Shown here one piece after another: positions 26,900 through 41,865 of a stretch of DNA of 64,000 nt; position 1 is the stretch's first letter; each line of letters opens with the position of its first letter. The position numbers and the translations under genes are program-made. This DNA comes from Eledone cirrhosa. Taxonomy: Eukaryota. Where the stretch lies: assembly GCA_964016885.1 (NCBI GenBank), contig OZ024743.1:121210001-121274000 (forward strand), in the 5' to 3' direction. The notes beneath the pieces were generated by a model that worked only from the letters and a program-made list of their open reading frames with translations, was not told where the DNA came from and made no database searches.

Positions 26900-28750
26900 T
26901 TGTTACCCAAACTCCTAAATCTTCTTAGTTAATTAAGTTTACCAGCTCAACTTTAACTAATCCATTTATCAGCCGGTTTGATAACCGGATGGTTATTTAA
27001 TTGTCAAAGCTCTTTCCACATCTCACCTATTCTTAGACATTCTCAGTATGTCTCTGTATGTCTCTTATTCATTTCGATATTATTATGGTTTTCCATTGAG
27101 TTTTTCTCACTGTTTATGGATGTCTGTGCACTCCAGTGTATCTATTTCTATGTGTCACCATATTTTTTCATCAGTCAAGTTGTATGGTTGTTGTTATTCC
27201 ATTTTTGCTTTCTATTGAGGGTGGATATAATTTCTAATATATGGGAGGATTCTTTCTTGTCTTTGTATGCACATCAGAATTCCTTCTTTCCCTTGTCTAC
27301 AGTAGAAGCCATTTGAGCATACGCTGTAGTTGTGTTCCTAAATTGTCCCTCTGCGCATTTTTAAACAGTTTTACTTTTGCAATTTATATCCGTGCTTACC
27401 TTACAGAAAAAGCAATTTCCATCAGTACAGAGAGTTATCTGCTGGTTAGAGATTCTGATCAATATACCTGTTTTTCAACTATTTTGATTTAACTTTTAGC
27501 TTATCTAAATTCTTCCTAAATCTATATGCTAGGTCGATCAGCCGGTAGCATCGACGAACATCACGTACTGCTTTATGTTGTTGTTGTTTTTATATTACGA
27601 GTTGTCTTTATCTACTTCCTTCCTTATCTTCTCTACTCCGTTCCGTGATTAGCTCTTATACACGGGCTATACTCCATTCACATTGTTTCTATGATAGTTT
27701 TAAATTTTGCCTTGGCTTCTTTGTACGCTTTGATCCCGTCACATTGTTTTTATCCGGATAACTGCCTGCTGTAGATGAAGTCGTCTGTATGAGTCTCTAA
27801 GTCTTTAGAATTGCCCATGCGGGACACGTTCTCCATCCCCTTCATTAGGCTCACTATTAGGACATTAACTTGGTTGACATTGTAGAGTTCTGATGGATCA
27901 AATATTTGGAGCTCACAGGTTTAGTGTAATGCGAATGAAGCATTTGTACTGTGCTGCTTCTAGTTTTTCAGCTAAAGTTATTGGGTCTAGGATTAGTAGC
28001 CGGTAGCTAGGATGTGTATTTGGACGGTGTATGGATTGTTTAATAGACTGGTAGAGTTTGCTATTTGCTAGATTCTCTCTAAGGTGTTCAACTCTAATTC
28101 CAGCTCTAATTCCTGGGATATAATTTACGTAGTAGGGGATTATAGTCAGAGTTATGGAGTTCCCTGCTACGTGTTCTCAATGTCTCCTGTCCCTCCATAT
28201 CATAAATATATTGGCCACGTCACCAACAATGCTTGGGGTTTCCTCTATCTGAGGAAACCCCAAGCATATTTAGGTAGAAATATAATCTTTTCTTCGTGAG
28301 TTACACACTCTAATTACACTTAGGTGGATCATTGCATATCTACACTATTATAAACAGTTCCTAATCTTCCTTAGGTTAACCCGGAATATTTTCACTCTTG
28401 TTAAATATACATAGAACCGGCTGAACACATAGCTACGACACCTTACTAGACTAGGGTTGATTTTTTGGGGTGTATCATAAAAGAAAATACTAGTAAATTA
28501 GTGTATTGAGGTGCCCTCCCTGTGCATTAGAGTAATTGATAACTAAATTTCTTCATTAGGAACTGAATTAGTATTAACATCGAAATGCTTTACCTAAGTG
28601 TTAGATTTGGCGTATTTACTGACACTCTTTAGCTATCTTCCTTGACTCTTTCTTACCTCTTTGAATTGTAGGTTACCGTCTCTATAAATGAAAGATAGTT
28701 GTAAAGATTTCTCTCTTAACGCCTGACTGGCTTGGTACCCACAGATCAGA
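26900..28750 (-). pseudogene. Very decayed Penelope-like RT
   Basis: Weak remnants on the minus strand: FLPK (about 28275), MG (about 27815), TDDFI (about 27780) and KTGILIRIS (about 27460), followed by an HHR-bearing terminus. Confidence 0.45.
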
Positions 28751-28912
28751 CTTTACTCCCTCCCCTTTGTTCTTCAGGTCAGTCCAGGCCCCGCCGCTAT
28801 GAAGAAATTTAACCATGTACATGACATCCCAGATCATTGACGACTCCACGTGGATTATTTGTTTGATATTTCTGCTTATTTTGTTTTGACTGCATGCCTA
28901 TATATGGACTGT

Positions 28913-28989
28913 ACCCCTTGATAAGTTCTGATACTGCTGGCTTAGTTCGGATCTAGCTGTCGAAACAGCCGGAGCTCAACCGTCGGGGT
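28913..28989 (+). ncRNA. Degenerate 8715-family hammerhead (U3-A8)
   Basis: ACCCC-TTGATAA...GAAA-CAGCC ggagctc AACCG-TC-GGGGT. Confidence 0.55.
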
Positions 28990-29003
28990 CCTGACTCTTT
29001 TCC

Positions 29004-29304
<301 letters not shown>

Positions 29305-29987
29305 AAATTAACTTGAAAATTGAGTTTTGAGACGCGAGTGTATTAGAATTCTCAGGAAAATGGAAAAACTCGGCGCGGCGTATAGAAGCTGTTAAAACAA
29401 CAAAATACCGTCGAAGTGGCGTTGGGTAAAATATTACCTCGATCAGCGACTCGATGTGAGTTGACTCGAAGGAAAGAAGGGAAGAGAGGAAGGAGGGGAT
29501 AGAATGGATGAAAGAGAACGGGACATAAACATCAAAATATGCTCTTCAGATCTCAACCGGCTCAGTTTCGACCAATTAATGAGACTAGCAGAAAAACCAT
29601 CGTTCGGGTGGTTTTCTGCTAGTATGTGTAGTGTACATATTGATATTATACGCAAGTATATATACATGTAGATATGATACATCAAATAAAATCGTAATTG
29701 ACAATATACACATAAATTGAGCGAAGACTGTGTTACACTCTCTTATGTAATCAGTAACGTAATCCATGATACATTAAAAAAAGACGGTATTATATATAAA
29801 CTGCATTAGGAGAAAATTAGTGACGGAAATATATGAATGTTTATTTAAGCGATCGCTAACCGGAAGTGTTGACATTTGAAAATATTTTAAAGAAGTGAAT
29901 CTTTAAATAAGTAATAAAATATATTTAATGAACATCCACGAAATTTAGTAGATAAATTATGTAATATTCATTCATTATTTATTTAAA

Positions 29988-30392
29988 GGGCGGTGGATTG
30001 GCAGTATCGGTAGAGAGTCGGACGCCATGCTTTCCAGCATAGTTACGTCCCTTTACGGTCTGAGTTCAAATCCCGTCGAGGTTAACTTTGCCTTTCATCC
30101 TTACGGGGTCGATAAAATAAAGTACCAGTAATGTACTGGGTAATTGCTGGCCTTGTGCCAAAAGTAGAAACAATTATTTATTGAAAGTAAGGCGGTGGAT
30201 TGGCAGTATCGGTAGAGAGTCGGACACCATGCGTTGAAGCATAGAGTTACGTCCCTTTATGATCTGAGTTCAAATCCCGCCGAGGTTAACTTTACCTTTC
30301 ATCCATACGGGTCGATAAAATAAAGTACCAGTAATGTACTGGGTGTTTTGCTGGCCTTGTGCCAAAAATAGAAACAATTATTTATTGAAAGT
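29988..30392 (+). mobile_element. SINE tandem dimer
   Basis: Two near-identical units, both followed by the same TTTATTGAAAGTAA flank. Confidence 0.9.
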
Positions 30393-30910
30393 AATCCAAC
30401 TTATTTTACAAACGGGATAAAAAATATATTCTGGATGCAGTCCCGCACTTCTTACTTTATTATAGTTTAGATTACAGCGAAAAATAGGAGGCTCGTAACG
30501 GAGAAATAAATATCTTCGTTCATATAATGTTTGTACTGGGACAGGTTAGAGAGAGAGAGAGAGATGGAGTGCGTCCAATCGACCTCCAGTGTGTATATAT
30601 ATATATATATATAATAACTTAAGCGAAGTCACCATCAATAAGATACTAGTAAAGCCAACTATTACGAAAGAGCTTCACACGCATCTAGTCCCTAACTGCA
30701 GTTTCACACGCATCTAGTCCCTAACTGCAGTTTCTGTAATATTGACCATCTTAAGAAAGTAAGACAAGCAATGTTTAACGATAATTCCTTCATCAGAGGG
30801 CTTCTTTCGAAGTATTAAAAAACAATAGAGCCTATTAGTGAGGTATATATATTACACTCGTGTGGATTTCAAATAACTAAATGAATATCTGTATATCAAG
30901 AACAATATGG

Positions 30911-31009
<99 letters not shown>

Positions 31010-31123
31010 AGTATATTTGGCAATATACCGTATGTTTAATTAAAAACATTTAGAGGACCATACGCTATCGGTTTTAAAGTAGTGAATGTCACTTACTACT
31101 TTTCGGCGAAAGAAGGGAGAAAA

Positions 31124-31163
31124 GCTAACAGTCTGTTTCACGCTATTTTGCGATCATCAGAGC
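31124..31163 (-). ncRNA. Type I hammerhead
   Basis: GCT-CTGATGA-TCGC aaaata GCGT-GAAA-CAGACTG-TT-AGC. Confidence 0.8.
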
Positions 31164-31288
31164 CACGCAATCCTAATACTTAATTTTTGGTGGACCAGCA
31201 ATCGCTCTGTATAATCAGCTCCTGATTATTACTGGAATTCTATAAGAATCCAGCTTCTATAGTTTTCGGCGGAAGCAAGGAGTGCGTG

Positions 31289-31328
31289 GCTCTGATGACC
31301 ACCAAACACTGTGAAATAGACTGTTATC
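31289..31328 (+). ncRNA. Type I hammerhead, diverged mirror copy
   Basis: GCT-CTGATGA-CCACCAAACACTGT-GAAA-TAGACTG-TT-ATC. Confidence 0.6.
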
Positions 31329-31435
31329 TTCTCTCCCTTCTTTCGGCGAAAATAAGTATGTAACAGAGTCACTACTTTAAAACCGATAGCGTATGGTCTT
31401 CTAAATGTATACCACGGTTTTTCAGAGCACCAATC

Positions 31436-31484
<49 letters not shown>

Positions 31485-31749
31485 GGAATAGAATGAAACG
31501 AAATTTCATTTCTCACTCTTAGTACGGTACTTACTTAAATGTAAGTATGTATGTATACGTACATACATATATGTATACAGACGTACAGTAGTATGTATAT
31601 ATATACATACATGCACACATATATATATGCACGTATCGGTTTACCAACATTTATTATAATGTTCGGATTGTTTGTAAACAAACAGCCCTAATTAAGCCGT
31701 ACAGTGTTCGGCAACCATCGTCGCCCTTTTGTTCAACACTGACAAAGGA

Positions 31750-31792
31750 ACGATGAACTAGTTTCAAGCTTATTAGCTATCGTCAGCATCGT
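31750..31792 (-). ncRNA. Type I hammerhead
   Basis: ACGATG-CTGACGA-TAGCT aata AGCTT-GAAA-CTAG-TT-CATCGT. Confidence 0.85.
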
Positions 31793-32479
31793 ATACCTTC
31801 CTGTCAGATGATTGAACGTTTGAAAGTATATACTTTCCTTATGCATATTAACGGCTGAGCAGCCTAATTTGCATATCGAGTGAGTTCAGTCGGCCGGGCG
31901 CACCGAAAACGATAAATGGAATAGAATGAAACGAAATTTCAATTCTCACTCTTAGTACGGCACTTACTTAAATGTAAGTATGTATGTATACGTACATACA
32001 TATATGTATACAGACGTACAGTAGTATGTATATATATACATACATGCACACATATATATATGCACGTATCGGTTTACCGAACATTTATTATAATGCTCGG
32101 TTTGTTTGTTTGTAAACAAACAAACAGCCCGAATTACGCCGTACAATGTTTAGTCAACCACGTCACCTTTGTTTACAAACAAACAAACCGAGCATTATAA
32201 TAAATGTTCGGTAAACCGATACGTGCATATATATATGTGTGTGCATGTATGTATGCATGTATGTATACTACTGTACGTATACATACATACACACTTACAT
32301 TTAAGTAAGTGCCGTACTAAGAGTGAGAAATGAAATTTCGTTTCATTCTATTCCATTTATCGTTTTCGGTGCGCCCGGCCGACTGAACTCACTGGATATG
32401 CAAATTAGGCTGCTCAGCCGTTAATATGCATAATGAAAGTATATACTTTCAGACGTTCAACCATCTGGCAGGAAGGTAT

Positions 32480-32522
32480 ACGATGCTGACGATAGCTAAT
32501 AAGCTCGAAACTAGTACATCGT
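32480..32522 (+). ncRNA. Type I hammerhead
   Basis: ACGATG-CTGACGA-TAGCT aata AGCTC-GAAA-CTAG-TA-CATCGT. Confidence 0.85.
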
Positions 32523-32747
32523 TCCTGTGTCAGTGCTGAACAAAAAGGTGACGTGGTTGCCTAAACACTGTACGGCGTAATTCGGGCTGTTTGTTTGTTT
32601 ACAAACAAACAAACCGAGCACTATAATAAATGTTCGGTAAACCGATACGTGCATATATATATATATGTGTGCATGTATGTATATATATATACATACTACT
32701 GTACGTCTGTATACATATATGTATGTACGTATACATACATACATACT

Positions 32748-32850
<103 letters not shown>

Positions 32851-32876
32851 AGTATCACAACAGTTACTTCTACATG

Positions 32877-32915
32877 CGGAGAACAAATGTTTCACCTTGC
32901 GAATCATCAGCTCCG
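32877..32915 (-). ncRNA. Type I hammerhead
   Basis: CGGAG-CTGATGA-TTCGCAAGGT-GAAA-CATTTG-TT-CTCCG. Confidence 0.75.
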
Positions 32916-32924
32916 TCTAAGTGC

Positions 32925-33316
<392 letters not shown>

Positions 33317-33441
33317 TCTATGTACGTATGTGCGTGTGCGTGTCAATGTATGTGTGTGACCCTCTCGTTCAGACTTTGTCTTGTTTCGGATAAAGGGCTA
33401 ACGACGGAAACTTTAAAAAGACAATTATATCCTTCCTTCCA

Positions 33442-33484
<43 letters not shown>

Positions 33485-33487
<3 letters not shown>

Positions 33488-33822
33488 GAGGTTATATTTA
33501 ATTTGTTGGGATTCAACATGCTTCAAAATGTGTATAACGCACTCAACAGATTAGTGGAGTAAATATACAATATATTAATAAATGGAAAGTATATTTATAA
33601 AACCATAATTATTTTATTATATATATTTCAAGGGCAACCCAGGTAACTATCCAGCAAATTTCAACCGCTGAGGCTGTCTTTTTTCCGGGTATGTCAATAT
33701 TTATTTATAAAACAAATCTGTATTTTATCTGATGAAAGCGCACCAGATTTTTACCTTGGTTTCCCTTGAAATATATATAATAAAATAATTATGGTTTTAT
33801 AAATATAGGTTCCATTTATTAA

Positions 33823-33830
<8 letters not shown>
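33485..33830. mobile_element. Fold-back cassette: half HHR plus tail (minus) and full HHR (plus)
   Basis: 33570-33646 is the inverse of 33751-33828. TA tracts on both sides. Confidence 0.8.
33723..33785 (+). ncRNA. Type I hammerhead
   Basis: TTTTAT-CTGATGA-AAG...CTT-GAAA-TATATA-TA-ATAAAA. Confidence 0.75.
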
Positions 33831-33898
<68 letters not shown>

Positions 33899-33949
33899 CG
33901 CTCTACATGGCTGAATACAATAAATGTAATCTGAGTTTTTCGAATATTA

Positions 33950-34292
33950 ATAATTGTTTCTACTTTTGGCACAAGGCCAGCAAATACTCAGTACATTACT
34001 GGTACTTTATTTTATCGACCCCGTAAGGTTGAAAGGCAAAGTTAACATTGGCGGGATTTGAACTCAGACCATAAAAGGCCGTAACTCTTTGCTGCAACGC
34101 ATGGCGTCCGACTCTCTACTGATACTGCCAATATTAATAATTGTTTCTATTTTTGGCAAGGCCATCAATTAACCAATACATTACTGGTACTTTATTTTAT
34201 CAACCCCGTAAGGATGAAAGGCAAAGTTAACCTCGGCGGGATTTGAACTCAGACCGTAGAGGGAAAGCATGGCGTCCGACCCTCTACCGATA
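33950..34292 (-). mobile_element. SINE tandem dimer
   Basis: Two reversed family copies. Confidence 0.9.
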
Positions 34293-34506
34293 CATATATA
34301 TATATATATGCCAATGCAATTATGCAAACTAGCCTGGCCAGTCTGCTGATATGCAAATCTGGCTGATCAGTGGATCTGCTAATATGAATATCTGACTGAT
34401 CAACCAGTCTGCTAATATGCAAACCACGCCAGTCAGTGACTGTGTATTTTTGAAAATAGCATATATTTTCACTAGCTCTGACAGTTTGGTAGGTGAACAG
34501 TGAGCT

Positions 34507-34540
34507 GTACTGATGAAGGGTGATACCCAGAAACATTAGT
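34507..34540 (+). ncRNA. Minimal hammerhead-like motif
   Basis: CTGATGA-AGGGT gat ACCCA-GAAA-CATT. Helix I is weak. Confidence 0.55.
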
Positions 34541-34692
34541 GTCTGCAGTTCTGTTCACATGCCAACATAAGAGCAAGAAAGAAGGGTTCATTCTACTGAC
34601 ATGGCTATAAAATTGAGGCTCGTTTGCATAATTGCAAACGAATCGAGTGTTATTATTAATATTCGTTAAACACAGATTACATATATATATAT

Positions 34693-35132
<440 letters not shown>

Positions 35133-35154
35133 CATATATATATATTATATATGT

Positions 35155-35360
35155 CTTAGTGGTTAGGGTGCTGGACTCATGGTTATAGAGTCGAGAATTC
35201 GATTCCCAGATCAAGCATCTCGCTTGTTCTTCACTATACGTTGCTCCACGAAGACCATCCAGCAGGAGAAAACCTGCGAAGCAAAGTCTGGAAGTCTCTT
35301 CAGCTTTGTCAAAGACATGACAACCTCCCTAATGTTGGTGCCACGATAAAATACATTCAG
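35155..35360 (+). mobile_element. Degenerate CORE-like tRNA SINE
   Basis: TAGTGGTTAGGGTGCTGGACTCA...TTCGATTCC...ACGTTGCTCCA. Confidence 0.55.
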
Positions 35361-35551
35361 TGGAGTGTAGGATGTGACGACACGTACCACTCTTACTAGT
35401 AGGTAACAATGGCCGTTACGATGATGAAGATGGTGGAAATGTAAGACACTATATTGATAATAGGATTATCGCTAAAGCGATTATAATTGATAAGCTTTGC
35501 CTTTCATCCTTACGGGCAGCACTTGTGCCTAAATCAGACACTGTGGTTATT

Positions 35552-35741
35552 GGTGGATTGGCAGTATCGGTAGAGCGTCGGACACCATGCTTTGACACAT
35601 AGAGTTACGGCCCTTGCCATTCTGAGTTCAAATCCCGTCGAGGTTAACTTTGCCTTTCATCCTTACAGGGTCGATAAAATAAAGTACCAGTAATGCACTG
35701 GGTCTTTGCTGTTCATTGTGCCAAAAGTAGAAACAATTATT
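35552..35741 (+). mobile_element. SINE copy
   Basis: Full family head to tail. Confidence 0.9.
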
Positions 35742-37497
35742 CAGTCATTGATTTTATTTAACTGGAAAGTTTGTTGAAATGAATATCAAGCCGCTACCTG
35801 CAGCCTCAGATATTCAGGACGTATCGGAGGGTTCTTGCTGTTCCCAGCAAGAATGCCTTTTGAAGTGGGATTGGACTAATCTTCTTTAACCATCCTTGGA
35901 AACTCTTTGATATAGTACCTAGTGCGCCTATGTCAATCGGGACGACCTTGATCTCATGGCAGTTCCAAATCCTTTTTAACTCCCACTTGAAATCCTGGTA
36001 TCGGTTGATTTTCTCCCTTTCCTTTTCTTCCACTCTCGTGTCAAATGGTCAGGCTACATCTACAATCAGGCACGATCCTTTTTCCTTGTCCAAAACCACC
36101 AGGTCAGACCTATTGTGTTCTAATTTCTTGTCCGTCTGTATCCTAAAATCTCATAACACCTTCACCTGATCATTTTCTATCACCGACTCTGGCTTATGCT
36201 CATACCACTTCTCAGAATGTGGTAAATTGTTTACTTTGCATAGGTGCCAGTGAATCACCCTGCCTATCATATCATGTCTCCAGCCCTTATAGTGAGTCTG
36301 GGCTAGGTGTTTACACTCGGATTCAATGTTAGCCACAGTCTCTCCTCTCTCTCCACAGATCCTACACAATGAGCTAGCCCCCTCCTTGTCAATATGATGT
36401 TTCACCCACTTCATTCTGAGGGCTTGCCCTTGCGCAGCCATTAGCATTCCTTCTTTAGCTTTCTAAAGTTCTCCTCTTTTTAACCAGTTCCATGTCTGTG
36501 GATTTCTAAATTCCGTTTTCTTAAAGAAGGTACTATGAAGGGATTTTTCATGAAGGTTGCTCTTCCTCCCTGTTGTTAATTCCCCCTTAGACATCCCCTA
36601 GGCTATTGCCTTACTCCTTCCGTACAATTTTGATCATTGGCTCCCTACTGTCGGTCACGTATTTGTGCAGGTTGTTTTTCTCCATCTGAACACAGTCCTC
36701 TATGCTGATAAGACCTCTTCCACCTTCAGATCTCCTTAAGTAGGGTCTATCTACATCACTCCTCTTGTGGAACATGTTGTAGATAGTTAATAGCTTCCTA
36801 GTCTTCCTATCCATTTCTTTTTGTTCAGCAACATTCCATTTCAGAATTCCCGCACTGTACCTAATAATAGACACAGCTCGGCAATTTACTGCACTTATGA
36901 CATTCCTACTATTTAGATGTGATTTTAATACGCTCCTTACTCTCCTAATGTTCTCAGATCTTATCAATTCCTTCATTTTTTTGTTCTTGATGTCATCTGC
37001 CGCCAGAACACCTAACTATTTGTATCCCTCCTCATTGTCAATTTCCTTTATCATCTCACCTGTTGGTACCTGGATTCCGTTGCTTCTGCTCAATTTACCC
37101 CACTTCATCACTAGCACTCCACACTTATTAATACCAAATTGCATACATATATCACTGCTGAAAATACGGATAGTGTCAAGAAGTACATCCAACTCCTTCT
37201 CACTCTTCCCAAAGAGTTTAAGATCGTCCATGAAGAGGAGGTAGTTGATACTAAACTCTCCTTTTCCCAACTTGTATCCTGCTCTCACTTTTCGCAATAT
37301 AACGGTCAGGGGTATCAGGTCAAAGACAAACAGTAGAGGGGACAAACTATCTCCCTGGAAGATACCTCTCTTCATCTTCACGCCTCCCAAGGATTCTCCA
37401 CCCGATATTAACTCTGTTTTCCAGGACTTCATACTTTTGCTCAACAAATGTCTGATGTTATCTGCCACCTCTTGGCTTTTGGTTATCCAAAAATGAA
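35742..37497 (-). mobile_element. 5'-truncated R4/Dong-like LINE (RT C-terminal half, CCHC finger, RLE endonuclease)
   Basis: RGIFQGDSLSPLLF, FMDDLKLF, CRICGERGETVANIESECKHLAQTHYKGWRHD and EKEREKINRY..VVPIDIGALG. Several stops and frameshifts. The 5' junction abuts (TTA)n(TCA)n. Confidence 0.92.
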
Positions 37498-37509
37498 GTA
37501 CCATGTCGA

Positions 37510-37566
<57 letters not shown>

Positions 37567-37632
37567 ATCATCATCATCATCATCATCCTCATCATCCTCA
37601 TCATCAGTATCATTAACATTATTATCATTACT
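37510..37632. repeat. (TTA)n-(TCA)n microsatellite
   Basis: Directly visible. Confidence 0.9.
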
Positions 37633-37639
37633 ATCGACG

Positions 37640-38010
37640 TTGGGGTGTTGGTTTGATAGAATGTCGGAAATGCGGTATAGTGTTTGGGCCTGCCTCTTAT
37701 GTTCTGGGTTCATATTTGACCGAGTTCAACTTTGCCTTTCATCCTTCCGGAGTTAATGAAACAAAATACTAGTTGAGTACTCGGTGTCGATAAAAAGAAT
37801 TAGTATTATTTAGCACTAGGTGGATTGGCAGTATCGGTAGAGGGTCGGACACCATGCTATGCAGCAAAGAGTTACTGGCCTTTATAATCTGAGTTCAAAT
37901 CCCGCCAAGGTTAACTTTGCCTTTCATCCTTGCGGGGTCGATAAAATAAAGTACCAGTAATACACTGGGATAATTGCTGGCCTTGTGCCCAAACTAGAAA
38001 CAATTATTTA
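37640..38010 (+). mobile_element. Old SINE followed by a young SINE copy (37819-38005)
   Basis: Family motifs. TATTATTTAGCACTA-like sequence flanks the young copy on both sides (probable TSD). Confidence 0.85.
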
Positions 38011-38477
38011 GCACTAATATCCTCTCATAATTTCTTTCCTTATAAACATGCATTGCAAATATCTAAATTAAGTTGTGGACTATTAGGAATTGAAAAATCA
38101 ATTCCACGAATTAGTATTGCTAATTGTCTATTTAACAGATAGCTTAAAGAGGTAGGGTGTCCACCTGCTAAAAATAGCAGCCAAGTATTTCTAAAATCCC
38201 ACACAGCCGTTTTTATTTTTTCAAAAAAGAATGGTAGAATGATTTAACTAATGTATTTTTATATATGGTTGGTCGTAAAATTGTGAGATGATCCAGGCTA
38301 TAATAACCCCGAGCTGACCTAGACGTAAATATCAACGAGATTTAGAATTTATTTCTTTAAATTTATCTCATAAATAAATTCGGAAAGCATTTCAGAACAT
38401 TATAGAATCATGGGAATGATTATCAAAGCATATGTGTAGATGTGAGAGTGTATGTGTGTGTAGCTGTGTGTGTTTTG

Positions 38478-38587
<110 letters not shown>

Positions 38588-40144
38588 TGCGTGTGTGTGT
38601 GTGCGTGTGTATATATGTGTGTCTGTGTGTTCACCGGGTGATCTCATTTTAGTTTTCTCATATCTATGTTTCTCTTAGAAATTCATCAGAATGTATATCT
38701 TCGATGTTAAACAGAAGTATTAAATTCAGTCACGTTTAAGAAATACATTGACGTAAGGAGGCAAATGAATATACATTTAGATAGATGAAAAATAAATTAG
38801 ACAAAACACGCGTGATCTTTTCAAAAACACGTGGAGCCGCTCGTTGTTACAGCTCCTCTTTACTACATACAACTAGAGAGTGTGCTATTCACGTGCATAT
38901 TCTATTTATGCTTCCCTTCTTTGTGAATTCATTCATGTCTGTAAAATTCACAATGCTGAGATATTAACGTATATGAAGCAGAAGTAATGTGATACTAAAT
39001 AGGTACCAAGTTGGATATTTTATGTGCATTGCAACCTAACAATATCTAACACTTTCCAAATTTATCTGAATTTGGTCACGTGTCAATTACTACTCACACA
39101 TTTAAATTAGTATCTGTATATCACACAAGACACTGTCCCCTTATCTTAAGCTCATATGCCGCACCGATTGTTTATTTGTATTTTTATAAAACCTAGTATT
39201 TTAGGATAATGGCAATTAAAAAAAAAACTCACTATATTTATCACCTCACATGTTCAATTAAACCAGAACGCCTAATGTATTTTAGATACGTCAGTTATCC
39301 CTTATTTATGACTTTAAATTCAAATTCATCCAACTATGCAGCTATTTCGTATCACTAACCCAAAGCTATGTTTCTTTCTCTCTATGTAGCACTGTCTCCT
39401 TTCTCTCCTCCTCTTAATCTGTGTATCATTATACAATAGAAGATAATCAACGAAAGCTAATTTAAAAGCGTGAATAGCTTCATATGTTGAGAGCAAATCG
39501 TGATCGTCCTTCTGCCTCTCTGCACAGAGGAGAAATTGAATTAGTTCAATTAGTTTAGATGGAAATGCACACAGACACAGCAGACAAATCGAACATATCT
39601 ATACGACTATATGTGTGCACAGATTTATAGGTGCTTACATATAATTACATGAACTGCCAAATCGTTCAGTAAACAATCAGATCTCTTCCATCAACTATTT
39701 TTATTCACACCTACAACTATATTTTTAAGCTGCAGTAATATCAGCAAAAGATCAATTGACGTCAAAAGTTTCTCAAACTTTTTACTCCCACTTCCATCTT
39801 AGCACATAACTCCACTACCGATTTTAGGACATCAATTTATAGTTCAAAGTTCAAGTCCGCTTTTCACTCTGTTCTTTTGAAATTCTTCTTTTATCTCCTG
39901 GCAAATTTATTCTTCTCTTGATATGAAAACTGCAACTACTACCATAATCACTGCAGCTGTTGTAGCTGCTGCTACAGTAGCAGCGACTAACACTGTTGTT
40001 GCAAGAGAAACCAACACAACCACTGTTATCGTCACCACAACTACCGCAGTAAACACGAAGTAAATGCTACTATTACAAATATATAGAAATAAAAGTATGA
40101 TAGTAATGATCACGATATCTTTAATATTACTACTAACAACATTC

Positions 40145-40305
40145 TCATCACCATCATCATCATCATCATCATCATCATCTTCATCGTCATCGTCGTCGTC
40201 GTCGTCGTCACTATTATTATAATCATCATCATCGTCGTCGCCATTATCATCACCACCATCATCATCATCATCATCATCTTCATCATCATCATCATCATCA
40301 TCAAA
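40145..40305. repeat. (CAT)n/(CGT)n trinucleotide tract
   Basis: Directly visible. Confidence 0.9.
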
Positions 40306-40590
40306 CAGATGATGAGGATAAAACGAATGAAGTAAAAGGAAACGAGATAAATGAAGACTACTACTATATAGCTAAATATATTTTGTCTTCTACAAATGTC
40401 TTGCCTTTCCTTTAGACTAACCATATATGGTATGGAAATGTTGGCAAGCATCTCCCAGTGGATAGTACTGATATATAGAATGAAGTGTAAACTCATTGTT
40501 CATTCAATGTGTACATGTCTAACGTCAGGAAACTGTTGAAAAATTTCCCATGAGGACCACCATTTAAATTAAATTTTTTATTTATTATAC

Positions 40591-40661
<71 letters not shown>

Positions 40662-40971
40662 TATACAATAGAGCTGACGAGAAAATACCTCGTGGAGCAT
40701 TCCACATGATATATGGCGAGAGGTAAGTTTAATGGATCACCCATCGTTTTCGACGATGAACATTAAGTTATTCGATCAACCTAACTTCCTACTCATTAAT
40801 TTATCGTGAAGGTGGCTGCATCCTTGGTGTAATCCGCAGACAGAACCAATATAGAAGAATATGTCTAAGCTGGACTGTTCAATTAAAGGTATTATCCATC
40901 CGATCAACTCCCACACACTCTCTCATACATATATGTGTATATAAATGTATATCGATATTTTATATAGAAAT

Positions 40972-41022
40972 GACTTCTACAGAACTAGAACTGTTTCATT
41001 CGTATGAAATCATCAGGAAATC
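40972..41022 (-). ncRNA. Type I hammerhead
   Basis: GATTTC-CTGATGA-TTTC atac GAAT-GAAA-CAG ttctagtt CTG-TA-GAAGTC. Confidence 0.8.
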
Positions 41023-41629
41023 CACCGATAACTATATAAATAAATATATATATATGTATATATATGTCTATTTTTAACAATATTTCCCAACGCTTACGCG
41101 GCACTCCCTGATATATACATGTCGCTTTGAGACTGCGCTGGTCTACCATCTGACCAACCATGGATCACCAGCGGATTAACCCGGACTTCCAGTTACTGAT
41201 TTTGTTTTGGACTGCTCATTTCTGCACTAATCTTCCGCGACCTTCCCTCCTCTTTATTCCCATTTTTGTCACTATCATATTTCCTTCATTTTCTTCTGCT
41301 GGCACACGCGGCATCCTCCAGTGTTCCGAATTAAAATATCTTCCTCTGCCACATCCATACACGCTTTATTCAGTACATATTCACATGTCCTTATTTTTTA
41401 TCTTCTATCTATGAACCTCATTTTTATGTTGCTTCTACTTTATGTTTCTTATCATTGTATTCCTCTACTCCTATGGACGGATAAAAATGGCTAGCGACCA
41501 CACCGGAGAATCAAGCTACCTATCTTTCTGATACCCACTAACTGCTCTACCAATTAAGCTAAACGAGCTCCGACAGCTAACTTGCTGTAGTCATAAAGCT
41601 AATTCATAAAGCTTTTAAATGTAAACAAA

Positions 41630-41664
<35 letters not shown>

Positions 41665-41721
41665 AAAAAAGATGAAATCGAAAATGCAACTGGAGTCTTT
41701 TTTAAAATATTTATTTGGTTC

Positions 41722-41757
41722 CTTTACCGGTTTCGCAGTTCTTGTGCTTTTCAAAAG
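41722..41757 (-). ncRNA. Minimal type I hammerhead, U3-A8 variant
   Basis: CTT-TTGAAAA-GCA caagaac TGC-GAAA-CCGG-TA-AAG. Confidence 0.75.
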
Positions 41758-41829
41758 TAGAATTGAGATGGAGGGTTTGTGGTTTTTCATAGATGCGAGA
41801 AAAACCACAAACCCTCCATCTAAATTGTA

Positions 41830-41865
41830 CTTTTGAATAGCACAAGAACTGCGAAACCAGTAAAG
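41830..41865 (+). ncRNA. Mirror hammerhead with two substitutions
   Basis: CTT-TTGAATA-GCA caagaac TGC-GAAA-CCAG-TA-AAG. Confidence 0.55.

Larger units (their letters stand above)
31040..31412. mobile_element. Fold-back cassette with an HHR in each diverged arm
   Basis: 31047-31168 is the inverse of 31284-31408. TA tracts on both sides. Confidence 0.8.

Noticed and set aside
31805-31842. CAGATGA...GAAAGTATATACTTT as a second, opposite-strand hammerhead in the 433-bp unit
   Set aside because: No helix I pairing, weak helix II, and the core is not conserved in the other two copies.
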